This document shows positions 18,513 through 30,425 of a stretch of 64,000 nt of DNA, piece by piece. The position numbers were made by a program, and so were the translations under genes. This DNA comes from Lysobacteraceae bacterium (GTDB lineage: Bacteria > Bdellovibrionota > UBA1018 > JAGTJX01), in the NCBI GenBank assembly GCA_023657465.1, contig JAGTJX010000001.1:460358-524357 (forward strand), written 5' to 3'. The notes below the pieces were generated by a model that saw only the letters and a list, made by a program, of their open reading frames with translations, was not told the origin of the DNA and ran no database searches. How positions within the stretch are numbered: position 1 is the stretch's first letter; every line of letters starts with the position of its first letter.

Positions 18513-19913
18513 CTAGCTAAAACGTTTTGCAAATTCATTTAAATGGGAAACTCCGATAACTTCACACTCTAAGCTTTTTGGTATGCGATCGGTCATGGTT
18601 TTTGGAACGATGAGTTTTTTATAACCAAGCTTGGCAGCCTCTTCGATTCTCATTTCCATCTGTGACACCTTGCGTACTTCACCTGTAAGACCGACTTCGC
18701 CAAGAAACAGTGAAGATTTCGGTAATGGAATGTCTTTGAAACTTGACCAAATTGCTGCGATTGCACCGAGATCACACGCTGGCTCAGAGATCTTGAGTCC
18801 ACCTACGACATAGAAGAATAAATCTCTCTGAGAGAGTGAGATCCCTAAGTGTCGTTCACTAATCGCAGCAAGGATTGAAAGTCTATTGTGATCCAGACCT
18901 ACTGAGGTCCTTCTTGGCATCGCAAGAGGGGAAGGGGCTACGAGCGCTTGAAGTTCTACTAGTATCGGACGCGATCCTTCGACAATCGCTGTGACTGCAG
19001 TGCCTGACAGAGGTGTCGGGCGTTCTGATAGAAAAAGTGACGATGGGTTTTTGACTTCCTTCAATCCTTCGCCATCCATTTCGAACACCGAGAGTTCGCG
19101 TGAGCTTCCGAATCTGTTTTTCACTGAGCGGAGCAAGCGGAATGACATTCCTTCGTCTCCTTCGAAATAGAGAACGGTATCGACGAGATGCTCGACGACC
19201 TTGGGGCCTGCGATTGAACCTTCCTTGGTCACGTGACCAACAAGCCATACAGAGATTCCTGCAGATTTTGCGAGAGTCATAAGGCGAGATGCGATCTCTC
19301 TCACTTGAGAGACGCTTCCCGGAGGAGAGTCGATCTGAGAGCTAGAAAACGTTTGAAGAGAATCTAGAACGAGAATTTCTGGTTTTACTTCACGAACGAG
19401 GTGGAACACAGCTTCGAGTTCGGTTTCTCCTGCAAGAAAAATTTGTGAATCAGGAGTGACTCCAAGACGAGTGGCTCGCATGCGGATTTGATCGACTGAT
19501 TCCTCCCCACTCACATAGAGAACTCGGTGACGATCGCCGACTGCGTTTGCCATCTGAAGGAGGAGCGTACTCTTACCGATTCCTGGGTCGCCGCCTAGAA
19601 GGACAAAACTATCAGAAACCAATCCTCCGCCAAGGACTCGGTCCAATTCTGAGATACCGATTTGTATTCTTGCTTTGGGTTTACTTCCAGCGTTGAGATC
19701 GCCCAGTCTATGAGCCTTGTGTTGCAGAGTGCTTACTGTGTCTGTACGGAATTCTTGGCGGATCGATGAGATAGAATCTTTCTGGTCTCCTCCACCATCT
19801 AGTCTCTCTTCGACAAGTGAGTTCCAAGTTTCGCAACTGGGGCATTTACCCATCCACTTAGTCGAGTTTGTGCCACAGTTTTGACAAACAAAATGTGTTT
19901 TCATTTTTGCCAT
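18513..19913 (-). CDS. radA: DNA repair protein RadA/Sms
   Basis: C4 zinc finger, GDPGIGKST, KNRFG, Lon-like C-terminus. Confidence 0.96.
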   Translation of the reverse strand: MAKMKTHFVCQNCGTNSTKWMGKCPSCETWNSLVEERLDGGGDQKDSISSIRQEFRTDTVSTLQHKAHRLGDLNAGSKPKARIQIGISELDRVLGGGLVSDSFVLLGGDPGIGKSTLLLQMANAVGDRHRVLYVSGEESVDQIRMRATRLGVTPDSQIFLAGETELEAVFHLVREVKPEILVLDSLQTFSSSQIDSPPGSVSQVREIASRLMTLAKSAGISVWLVGHVTKEGSIAGPKVVEHLVDTVLYFEGDEGMSFRLLRSVKNRFGSSRELSVFEMDGEGLKEVKNPSSLFLSERPTPLSGTAVTAIVEGSRPILVELQALVAPSPLAMPRRTSVGLDHNRLSILAAISERHLGISLSQRDLFFYVVGGLKISEPACDLGAIAAIWSSFKDIPLPKSSLFLGEVGLTGEVRKVSQMEMRIEEAAKLGYKKLIVPKTMTDRIPKSLECEVIGVSHLNEFAKRFS

Positions 19914-19941
19914 GCTGAGAATTGCATATCATAATATTCCT

Positions 19942-20337
19942 ATGGGACGAAGGCGTTACGGTGATGATGACGAAGATGAGAAGGAAGACTTAAACCTTTA
20001 TAAAGGTGCCAAGCAGCGGCAAGAATCTGGACCTCCTAAGGCTGTTTCCTCTGAGAAGTACGAAGACCAGCTTGAGCGTGCGGAGCCAATGATTCAGCAG
20101 CTCAACAACTTATACAATCAATTCATTTCAGGTGCAGAGAGGCAGCCTCCTATTGAACGTAGGAAGCAGCTTGATCAACTCATGGTTGGATTGCAGCTTG
20201 CCTCTAAGCCAACTCCTGCAGTCAATTTCAGATTCCAAACTCTTTGGACTCAGTACAAAACCAACGCAGATCGTTGGGACAAACTCATGCTCGATCTTGA
20301 GTCAGGCAAAATTAAAAGAGTTGTGGAACGGAAATAA
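19942..20337 (+). CDS. Helical protein resembling the MXAN_5187 C-terminal domain
   Basis: LYNQF..GAERQPP..RK...FRFQTL...W pattern; ATG 19942 after TTGCCA-17-CATAAT. Confidence 0.55.
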   Translation: MGRRRYGDDDEDEKEDLNLYKGAKQRQESGPPKAVSSEKYEDQLERAEPMIQQLNNLYNQFISGAERQPPIERRKQLDQLMVGLQLASKPTPAVNFRFQTLWTQYKTNADRWDKLMLDLESGKIKRVVERK

Positions 20338-20809
20338 AATAACTCAAACTCAGTGGCGTAAGAATCACTTGCGCATTGTTTGCGACGTTTCTTGAGAATT
20401 CTACTGTGGGCTTGAAGATGAGTTGGTCTGCAATTGCGAAGCGCTTCCCGATTTGTATTCCGTAAACGACTCCAGAAGTCAGTACTACTCCTACGGTGTC
20501 TCTCTCCCATCCGAGAATAGGTCTTATGAACCATGCATTATTCCAGTTTTTTGCAGTGAAGTGAATCGTCATAGTCGCTGCAATTTTAAAAACAGAACTC
20601 ATAGATGTGAGTTGAAACGTAGAGAGCACACCGAGTTGATAAGTCTTAGAGTTTGATACGGCTTGTGATGCATCAAATGTGAGATTCCCTGAGAAAGTCG
20701 CTGGAAAAGTGTAGGTAGCTTGTGAGCTTGTTGCGACACCGATCTCTGTGTTTTCGTTTTGTGCGTGAGCACCATTAAGAGGAAGTATCAGTGCAAATAT
20801 TAGAAGCAT
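20312..20809 (-). CDS. Small outer-membrane beta-barrel-like protein
   Basis: Signal peptide from ATG 20809; alternating strands; near-terminal LSYF. Confidence 0.55.
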   Translation of the reverse strand: MLLIFALILPLNGAHAQNENTEIGVATSSQATYTFPATFSGNLTFDASQAVSNSKTYQLGVLSTFQLTSMSSVFKIAATMTIHFTAKNWNNAWFIRPILGWERDTVGVVLTSGVVYGIQIGKRFAIADQLIFKPTVEFSRNVANNAQVILTPLSLSYFISVPQLF

Positions 20810-20823
20810 CTTGGTGTTATCCA

Positions 20824-20893
20824 GTTGTGGCATGCTTGTGGCATTGAATTGGAGCACTAAACTTCTAAATCCATGCCACAAGCATGCCACAGC
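20824..20893. repeat. Inverted repeat with 19-bp perfect arms, each a TGTGGCAT tandem
   Basis: tgtggcatgcttgtggcat (20826-20844) is the exact reverse complement of atgccacaagcatgccaca (20873-20891). Confidence 0.9.
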
Positions 20894-20916
20894 CTTATAG
20901 CAGAGAGAGAGAGGGT

Positions 20917-22920
<2,004 letters not shown>

Positions 22921-22947
22921 CTAGTTCTACATCAAAATAGAAAATAA

Positions 22948-23598
22948 TCACTCTTTAGCTGGAGTGATGGATTCCATCGTAGGCAAGTCTTTGTGCTTCG
23001 CTTCAGGCTTCTTCACTTCTACTTTTTCTTCCTCAGCTGGTTCTACTGTGGGTTCTGGTTTTGGAGTCACCTCCTGAGTTTGAACAGCACCGCTGTTGCC
23101 ACCACCGAGTGCGAACTTCACACCCACCATAGGTGTAATCGTATTGACCCACCCACTTGCAGTGCAGATTAAGTAGTCGACTTCCACGCCTATTTTGAAT
23201 TTGTCACCGAAGTAAAATCCAACCGAAGGTCCGAAGATGAATGAGCTTGCAGCTGCGGTTGCTCCATATCCTCCAAAAGACACTGTGGCACTTGTAGAGC
23301 CTAGTCCAAAGTTGACTCCTGCAAAGAGGCCGGAGATTTGAATTTTGAACTGACCCAATAAGTTGAGCTGGCCTGTAGAGATCGTCAGTCCACTACTTGT
23401 GGCACTAGGTCCACTTAAGTTTGTGATTTTTAATCCAGAGCTGAATGAACCAAAATAAAATGTCCCACTTGCACCGTAAGTAAAATAGTTCAATCCAGGT
23501 GCGAAATAGTTCATTGTGAGTCCACCATGGAGTCCGAGGTCAAACGCATGGGCTGCTGGTGTTAGTGTAAGCGCCAGAATTGCTAATAATTTTTTCAT
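22948..23598 (-). CDS. Outer-membrane beta-barrel protein with acidic/Pro-rich tail
   Basis: Signal peptide AHA; Gly/aromatic-rich alternating strands. Confidence 0.6.
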   Translation of the reverse strand: MKKLLAILALTLTPAAHAFDLGLHGGLTMNYFAPGLNYFTYGASGTFYFGSFSSGLKITNLSGPSATSSGLTISTGQLNLLGQFKIQISGLFAGVNFGLGSTSATVSFGGYGATAAASSFIFGPSVGFYFGDKFKIGVEVDYLICTASGWVNTITPMVGVKFALGGGNSGAVQTQEVTPKPEPTVEPAEEEKVEVKKPEAKHKDLPTMESITPAKE

Positions 23599-23607
23599 TT
23601 CAATTTC

Positions 23608-25155
23608 CTAGAAATAATAAATCAACTTAGGCGATACATAAACTAAGCGATGATTAAGAGTATGAGTCGTTCCGAAGGTCGCTCCGTGAGAGATCACGTC
23701 GATTCCGACTCTCAGTTTTAATCTTGAATGGAACCAGTAGTAACCTCCTAAGAAGAAACTCACATCTGTGATCCCGCTCACTGCAGAGAGCGCGGTGCCA
23801 CTAGCGGTCCCTACTTGATCAGCTGCACTCACAGACTTCAATAATCCCATGTTGAGTGAGGCTAACATTCCGTAATGAGGTCTGAGTGGTAGATCCGTGC
23901 CCACGCCTAAGAAGACGCTGCCGAACGATGCGCCTGCCATCACATCAGCGACTGATGCAGGGAGAGCATAGCTATTAGACATGTATCCCATCTTGATGAA
24001 GACCTTAGGTCCGAAGAAATCAGGAGTGAGATGAATCTGATATCCCAGGTTCCCGCGGAATCGGAAGTAGGATCCAGAGACCCCTGCAGTTTCAACGTTC
24101 GTAGTGATGTCTTTCTGAGTATATCCAAGAGTATTGAAGCCAGTTGCGATATCGACGAAGAAGTTACGATTGAGCCAGAGCTCACCTTCGCCCAGCAAGC
24201 CCAAGGACATTCCACCACCTGTTTTACCAACTCCACCAACAGAACTGTCTGAAAAGTTACGAGAGAAACTTCCAGCAGAAAGTGTTCCAGCTATATATCC
24301 CAGCTTAGGGATATATGGCCTTTCAAACTCTTCAACAGGTTTTTTAGCTTCTTCTTCAGGTTCCTCTTCGTGAGGGATGAAGGCAGTGATCTTCTGTAAC
24401 CTGGTGATTTCCTTTTCTTCTTCGAGATCCATCACTTTACAAAAAGCGATGTTTTCGTCGGACTCTACTACTTTCAATCTTCCGATTTTGACGAATTGCC
24501 AATCGACAACTGCTTTTGAGAGCGGGTGAATTTTTACGTCTTCGAGAGTTTGTACAATGAGCATATCGCCCTTGAAGACGCCGTTTTCTTTTCCGACGTT
24601 GACGGTGACGGTCTCACCGTCGCGCCCTGTGATGTGACCCTTGAATGGCATCTTAGCGAATAGCTTTGGTAGCTGGCGCTTGATTTCGCTTTTCAGTACA
24701 TCAGTAAGAATCGAAGCAGAGGATTCTGCTTCAGATACACTGAACTCATAAGATGCAAGGATCTGTGCTTGAGGGAGTCTGACCCATTGCCATTCGACTC
24801 TGTAGCTTGTGCCTTCTTTGTAGATTTTTGTTTTGATGAGGGAGTTAATTTGGAATGCTTTTCCGATTTGAGCGAGGATTCTTGCATCATCAATGAGCTT
24901 CTCATAAGCGAGTTTTGAACTTCCTAAGAGAGCATCAGCCTTGGACACATCTTGATACTTGAATCTACTTTGTTTAGAAAAATATTCATTGAATGCTTCA
25001 GCGACTGACTCTGCAAAAATTCCATCAGAGTTATCAATGGATCTTACGGTACCGATTTTGTCTAAGAGGAATTGACGATCTAACTCTTGAGAAGCGTGAC
25101 CTACTCCGATTTTCAACACCACTGCGACAACCCAGAGCGCAGTTTTAATTGTCAT
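23608..25155 (-). CDS. Secreted multidomain protein: FlgT-C-like middle domain plus C-terminal beta-barrel
   Basis: VTVNVGKENGV.KGD motif; C-terminal strands ending YYF. Confidence 0.5.
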   Translation of the reverse strand: MTIKTALWVVAVVLKIGVGHASQELDRQFLLDKIGTVRSIDNSDGIFAESVAEAFNEYFSKQSRFKYQDVSKADALLGSSKLAYEKLIDDARILAQIGKAFQINSLIKTKIYKEGTSYRVEWQWVRLPQAQILASYEFSVSEAESSASILTDVLKSEIKRQLPKLFAKMPFKGHITGRDGETVTVNVGKENGVFKGDMLIVQTLEDVKIHPLSKAVVDWQFVKIGRLKVVESDENIAFCKVMDLEEEKEITRLQKITAFIPHEEEPEEEAKKPVEEFERPYIPKLGYIAGTLSAGSFSRNFSDSSVGGVGKTGGGMSLGLLGEGELWLNRNFFVDIATGFNTLGYTQKDITTNVETAGVSGSYFRFRGNLGYQIHLTPDFFGPKVFIKMGYMSNSYALPASVADVMAGASFGSVFLGVGTDLPLRPHYGMLASLNMGLLKSVSAADQVGTASGTALSAVSGITDVSFFLGGYYWFHSRLKLRVGIDVISHGATFGTTHTLNHRLVYVSPKLIYYF

Positions 25156-25499
25156 CAGGTGGAGCCTATCTTCTCCTCATAAATCGCCAGCAGCATCTTG
25201 AGCTCAGTGAGTTCTTCGTGTGCGCGCTGGAGTTCAGTTTCCAAAATTTGAATTTGACGTTCTTGAAGATGTGAAGCTTTTTCAGCAGTTGAAGTTTCTG
25301 GAGCAGCATCTGTGGACACTTGCGAAGTGAGGCGTGCTGCACTCGCGTTCGGATCATAAATGAGGTAGCGTCCTTCCTCTAGACGGTACAAAATTTTGTT
25401 AGATTTGATATGGCGTCTCAGCGTTGACAGACTTGTGCCTGTCTTAAACGAATAATCGACCAAAGGAATCCAATTGCCTAATACTTCATCACTATGCAT
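25155..25499 (-). CDS. Small HTH plus coiled-coil protein
   Basis: WIPL.DYS...SLSTLRRHIK excisionase/MerR-like HTH; C-terminal heptads. Confidence 0.55.
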   Translation of the reverse strand: MHSDEVLGNWIPLVDYSFKTGTSLSTLRRHIKSNKILYRLEEGRYLIYDPNASAARLTSQVSTDAAPETSTAEKASHLQERQIQILETELQRAHEELTELKMLLAIYEEKIGST

Positions 25500-25587
25500 T
25501 ACGCGCCCTCACGCATTACTTATTGTATTTTCTAATCTATTTGCTTCACAAGCAAATTCAAGTACCCTCCATAAATAGAGAGTAGCC

Positions 25588-26847
25588 ATGGACCAAGCAT
25601 CTAGCGTCAAAAAAAAGACACTCATCTCAAAAAAGAAAAAAATCGCGTTTGTATGCTCAGGCGGAGGGGTTAAAGCCGGAGCGTTTCACTTAGGTGTTGC
25701 TCTAGCACTCCAAGAGAAGGGTTTTAAGTTTGCAGGAGGGCTAGAAGCAGCCAGACCTAAGGATAGTTTACCGAGTCCCATGGAGATATCCGCTTATGTC
25801 GGGTCGAGTGCGGGTTCGATCATCGCGTGTTACTTGGCTTCAGGCTACAGCCTAGAGAACATCTTCAATTCATTCCTCGATCGCACATCTGACAATCCGC
25901 AAGACCAGATCCCTAAGATTCTACCGAAGCTCACCTATCCCATACTCTTCAGGGTCCGTCCCGAAATGGCGAAGGAGCAGTTGAAGCAAATCGGCATCAT
26001 TAAGGACATCATCGGACACTTGATGAATGGAAACTTTGAGAGCTTGCTTCTCTTTAATATGCTTAAAATATCAGGGTTTTTCAGTACCCAAGGGCTTGAG
26101 GAGTTCCTGAGAAACGAAGTGCTTCCTTCTAATCGATTTAGCGACTTCTATCCCGAGCTCTACATAGTTTCTACTCAGCTCAATCACTCAAGGAAGGTCG
26201 TCTTCGGCAAACACACGCAACCTTCTCCTCCTCATGATCCATCTTGTATTTATATTGATGACGTCAGAGTCTCCGATGCTTGTGCTGCGAGTGCCGCACT
26301 ACCACCGCTCTATAGTCCGTATTCAATCGAGCTTTCAAACGGAAAGTCCTACTTCTTCACCGATGGTGAAATTAGAGACACGATGTCGACTCACGTCGCG
26401 GTCGATAGCGGAGCTGATCTCGTGATCGCAAGCTATACACACCAGCCCTATCACTTCACACCTGAAGTGGGTTCACTCACAGATCTCGGAATTCCGGCAA
26501 TCATGATTCAGTCGCTCTATCAGGTGATCGAAGCCAAGATTAATAATTACATCCACAACAAAAAGGTACAGCGCAACGCTATCGATGCTGTTTCTCAGTT
26601 TTGTAAGGAAAAAGGCCTCGCGGACTCAGTTCGAAACGAAATCGTGGAGATCATGGAGAAGCAGCTGCATCACAGGATGAATGTAGATACGATTTACATT
26701 CATCCTGATGCTCAAGACCCAAAGATGTTCATCAAGGAACACTTCAGTCTCTCACCCAAGAAGATGTCCGACATTGTGCGCAGTGGATTCCGATCAGCAA
26801 TTGATATCCTGCGAAATTACGAGTTCGAAGACAATCCATCAAAATAA
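25588..26847 (+). CDS. Patatin-like phospholipase
   Basis: SGGG, GSSAG nucleophile elbow, DG motif. Confidence 0.88.
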   Translation: MDQASSVKKKTLISKKKKIAFVCSGGGVKAGAFHLGVALALQEKGFKFAGGLEAARPKDSLPSPMEISAYVGSSAGSIIACYLASGYSLENIFNSFLDRTSDNPQDQIPKILPKLTYPILFRVRPEMAKEQLKQIGIIKDIIGHLMNGNFESLLLFNMLKISGFFSTQGLEEFLRNEVLPSNRFSDFYPELYIVSTQLNHSRKVVFGKHTQPSPPHDPSCIYIDDVRVSDACAASAALPPLYSPYSIELSNGKSYFFTDGEIRDTMSTHVAVDSGADLVIASYTHQPYHFTPEVGSLTDLGIPAIMIQSLYQVIEAKINNYIHNKKVQRNAIDAVSQFCKEKGLADSVRNEIVEIMEKQLHHRMNVDTIYIHPDAQDPKMFIKEHFSLSPKKMSDIVRSGFRSAIDILRNYEFEDNPSK

Positions 26848-26904
26848 ATTTTGTGCCACAGAAATACTCTGTTATTCTCTCACGATCTTCTCGGGGGGGA
26901 ATAT

Positions 26905-28242
26905 ATGAAAATTCAAATCATATCAGCTGTCACAGTAGCTCTAAGCATCGGAGCCGTTCAAGCATCAGAAGGACAAATTCTAGTAAAATACAAAAGCTCA
27001 GTACCAAACGTAAGAGTGCAATCGAGTGCAGCAGCTTCGATCCAATCTGTTCTTGGTAGAGCGGCAGTCTTGTCGATGAGACAAGTGAAGACAGACGCAT
27101 CGATTCACGTCGTTGAGCTCGATCAATCAAAAGATACCGACGCAGCGATTCAAGCGCTGAAGGCAAATCCAGATGTTGAGATCGCTGAGAAAAACTTCAG
27201 AATCAACATGTATCAAGACAAGTCTAAGCCAGCTGAAAAGCTTCCAGGTACACCGAATGACGAGCTTTTCTCAAAACAATGGGGAATGCAAAACATCGGA
27301 CAAGTGCTCGGCAGTTCATGGTCCAAATCTACAGGCACTGCAGGCGCTGACATCAATGTGTCTCCTCTTTGGGCTAAGGGTATTACCGGAAGCCAAGACA
27401 TCATCGTTGCAGTAATCGATACAGGTATCGATCTCACTCACCCTGATCTCGTTGGAAACATTTTTGTGAACAAAGACGAAATTCCTGGCAACGGAATCGA
27501 TGATGACAATAATGGTTTCATTGATGACGTTAATGGTTGGAACTTCGTAGATAAGAACAATAAACCATCGGATGATCATGATCACGGTACACATTGCTCA
27601 GGCGTTATCGGTGCTACTGGAAACGACAAAGTCGGCGTAACTGGTGTGAACTGGAAAGTTAGAATCCTTCCTTTGAAGTTCTTGTCTGCTAAAGGCGGAG
27701 GAACTCTCGAGGGCGCAATCGACGCAATCAACTACGCAACCATGATGAATGCAAACATCATGAGTAACAGTTGGGGAGGTGGAGAACGTTCTGATTTACT
27801 CTTCAACGCGATCAAAAGCGCTCGAGACAAAGGCATCCTTTTCGTAGCAGCAGCAGGTAACGACAAAGCTGATAACGACAAGAATCCTCACTATCCATCC
27901 AACTACGAGCTCGACAACGTTATCGCTGTTGCAGCTATGGATAACAAAGACAACTTAGCTTCATTCTCTTGCTATGGAAAATCGACTGTGCATGTCGCTG
28001 CTCCTGGTGTTGATGTTTTCAGCACCGTTCGCGGCGGCAAATACGGAATGATGAGCGGAACATCAATGGCGTGTCCTCACGTTGCAGGTGTTGCGGCTCT
28101 CACTCTCAGTCAGAACCCATCACTCAGCTACAAAGAGCTCAAACAGCGTTTGATCTCTGGTTCTATTCCAGTTTCAAACATCACTGGAAAAGTTTATGCC
28201 GGTGGTAGAGTCAGTGCTGAGAATACAGTTCGCGGACTGTAA
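26905..28242 (+). CDS. Subtilisin-like S8 serine protease
   Basis: VIDTG, HGTHCSG, GTSMACPHVAG triad; signal and prodomain. Confidence 0.95.
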   Translation: MKIQIISAVTVALSIGAVQASEGQILVKYKSSVPNVRVQSSAAASIQSVLGRAAVLSMRQVKTDASIHVVELDQSKDTDAAIQALKANPDVEIAEKNFRINMYQDKSKPAEKLPGTPNDELFSKQWGMQNIGQVLGSSWSKSTGTAGADINVSPLWAKGITGSQDIIVAVIDTGIDLTHPDLVGNIFVNKDEIPGNGIDDDNNGFIDDVNGWNFVDKNNKPSDDHDHGTHCSGVIGATGNDKVGVTGVNWKVRILPLKFLSAKGGGTLEGAIDAINYATMMNANIMSNSWGGGERSDLLFNAIKSARDKGILFVAAAGNDKADNDKNPHYPSNYELDNVIAVAAMDNKDNLASFSCYGKSTVHVAAPGVDVFSTVRGGKYGMMSGTSMACPHVAGVAALTLSQNPSLSYKELKQRLISGSIPVSNITGKVYAGGRVSAENTVRGL

Positions 28243-28934
28243 GCGCTTACACCACAATAGTTAAACACTTGGTGCCATGTGTGATTCCACAAAGAGTGAA
28301 TCCACATGGCACTTTTGTTTTTAGGGTGTTCGAATTCAAGACTGTAAGATTTGAGTAGTAGATTCCTAATCCCCATCGACTCCATCATCTGATTACACTT
28401 AGAATCGCCGTACATTCTGTCTCCGATGATCGGATGCCTTAAGTGTTTGAGATGACGCCTGAGTTGATGCTGTCGCCCGGTCAGGGGTCTCAGGTGTACG
28501 AGTGATGCTCGCGTTGTCGCGAATTCGGACTGAGTGATAAATGGAAACTCTACTATCGCAATTCGCTCATAGAGAGAGTGAGACTCATTGATTACTCCTG
28601 AGTCTAGATTTTTGAGTGGTTTATTGATTTCTCCGCGCTCTTCAATCCATCCACGTACAAGTGCCACGTAAGTTTTCTTGATGAGTCCTGATTGAATTTG
28701 TTTTCCTAGGTTGGATGCCGACTCTGGATTAAGAGCGAAGAGGACAGCACCACTGGCTGATCGATCGATCCGATGTATCGGATGGACTTGAATTCCTAGT
28801 TGTTCCCTCAGCAGCTTCATGCAATTAATCTTGGATTGATCACGATGTCTGAAATTTTCAGTAGGGTGTACAAACATTCCTGGAGGCTTATCGACGACAA
28901 CGATGTCTTTATCTTGGTAGAGAATTTTAATCAT
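28194..28934 (-). CDS. RluA/TruC-family pseudouridine synthase
   Basis: KPPG, HRIDR catalytic Asp, TGRQHQLR, HPIIGD. Confidence 0.88.
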   Translation of the reverse strand: MIKILYQDKDIVVVDKPPGMFVHPTENFRHRDQSKINCMKLLREQLGIQVHPIHRIDRSASGAVLFALNPESASNLGKQIQSGLIKKTYVALVRGWIEERGEINKPLKNLDSGVINESHSLYERIAIVEFPFITQSEFATTRASLVHLRPLTGRQHQLRRHLKHLRHPIIGDRMYGDSKCNQMMESMGIRNLLLKSYSLEFEHPKNKSAMWIHSLWNHTWHQVFNYCGVSAYSPRTVFSALTLPPA

Positions 28935-29185
28935 TTACAGTAGACGCCGGAGAAACCAGCTACTGTGTTTCCAGCACGTAGTCTTCCTGCGGTGTCCTTA
29001 GCTGATTCAGAGGCGCTGCAACCTGCGCACGGTGCTGAAATATCGCAGACCAGTTTTTTCCACATTGCACCAGAGCTCTGTCTCATAAATTGTGTAATAG
29101 CACCCACTACAACAGTGACCAAAAGTAATGTAAGAACAAACTCAACGACTGCTTGACCGCTTTGTTTTAGTGTTAGAGCCTTCAC
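28931..29185 (-). CDS. TadE/Flp-like pseudopilin with Cys-rich tail
   Basis: SG|QAVVEF prepilin cleavage motif, hydrophobic helix, four Cys. Confidence 0.55.
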   Translation of the reverse strand: MKALTLKQSGQAVVEFVLTLLLVTVVVGAITQFMRQSSGAMWKKLVCDISAPCAGCSASESAKDTAGRLRAGNTVAGFSGVYCK

Positions 29186-29214
29186 AGTTCTATTTTAGAA
29201 AGAAAGATGGCCAC

Positions 29215-29772
29215 ATGGCAAATGAGTTTAAGAAGGTTTTAACTCCAATTGCTCTTATTCTTGTTCTATTCTTGGGTGTTTCTGCCTACTTCTACAAGAA
29301 TTACGGATCCAAAATCAGTTCTAAAGAATCTGTTAACCTCAAACTAGGTGAAATCGTTCCCGATTTTTCAGTCGAACGACTCCCTGGACGAGAACGGCTT
29401 GATTTGTATCAATCAAAATCAAAAGTGACTTGGATTCACTTCTGGGCAACGTGGTGTCAATCTTGTGTCGTAGAAATGCCTGCAATCGAGCGCGTCTTCA
29501 AAAAATATCAGGGAGCGGACTTAGATCTCATCGCCGTCACATTAGATGAAGATCCTTTTGTCGATGTACCTCCGATGATCAAAAAACTAAAAACGACTTT
29601 CCCGATTTACTGGAGTCCCGATCAAAGTATCAGTGAGGTTTTTGACATTTCTTTTATTCCTTTCAGCGTTTTTATTGACTCCAATCATAAAATTTTATGG
29701 GTAGAGATTGGTGATGGGGACTGGGATTCAAACGAAATGCATGAGATGATTGATTCGTGGCTAAAAAAATAA
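29215..29772 (+). CDS. TlpA/ResA-family thiol-disulfide oxidoreductase
   Basis: FWATWCQSC, N-terminal TM anchor. Confidence 0.9.
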   Translation: MANEFKKVLTPIALILVLFLGVSAYFYKNYGSKISSKESVNLKLGEIVPDFSVERLPGRERLDLYQSKSKVTWIHFWATWCQSCVVEMPAIERVFKKYQGADLDLIAVTLDEDPFVDVPPMIKKLKTTFPIYWSPDQSISEVFDISFIPFSVFIDSNHKILWVEIGDGDWDSNEMHEMIDSWLKK

Positions 29773-30425
29773 TCACTCTTCCGTTTTTTGCAAAACGAGG
29801 CAACAAAATCATTATAGGTATTATCGCAGGAATTTTTTCCTCAATGCTTTACTTGGTTCCCAATCATCACGGTATCTTCGAGCCCACCTATCTCACGATG
29901 TCTCCGATTGATAAGTGGTTCCCTTTCATGCCTTGGACAGTGTGGATTTATTGTTCAGAATATTTTTTGATTTATTCAGCCTTTTTCTTGAGTACTAATG
30001 AACAGAATTACAATCGGTTCTTATATGCGTTTTTGTTTCTTCAAGTTTTTAGCGCGACAATTTTTATGTTTCACCCGATTACTTTCCCAAGAGAATTATT
30101 CCCACTCGTTCAGGATGGTTCTCTGACTACACGCTTTTTCACACATCTTCGAACGGTCGATGCTCCGACGAATTGTTTACCTAGTCTCCATGTGAGTAGT
30201 TGCTATCTATCTTCGTTCTTATTCATTCAAGAGAAGCGAAGACTATTTCCTATTTACTTCGGTTGGGCTTCGCTCATCGGGATTTCGACTCTAACGACCA
30301 AGCAGCATTACCTTGCTGATGTCATTGCAGGGCTTGGGTCCGCGTTATTGGTTTACTGGTTATTCTACGGTTGGAAGATTCAGTACAGGACTCCTCAGTG
30401 GCTCAGCGCTCAATCTAAGAATTAA
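29757..30425 (+). CDS. PAP2-superfamily membrane phosphatase/phosphotransferase
   Basis: NCLPSLHV and KQHYLADVIAG motifs; about 6 TM helices. Confidence 0.8.
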   Translation: MAKKIITLPFFAKRGNKIIIGIIAGIFSSMLYLVPNHHGIFEPTYLTMSPIDKWFPFMPWTVWIYCSEYFLIYSAFFLSTNEQNYNRFLYAFLFLQVFSATIFMFHPITFPRELFPLVQDGSLTTRFFTHLRTVDAPTNCLPSLHVSSCYLSSFLFIQEKRRLFPIYFGWASLIGISTLTTKQHYLADVIAGLGSALLVYWLFYGWKIQYRTPQWLSAQSKN

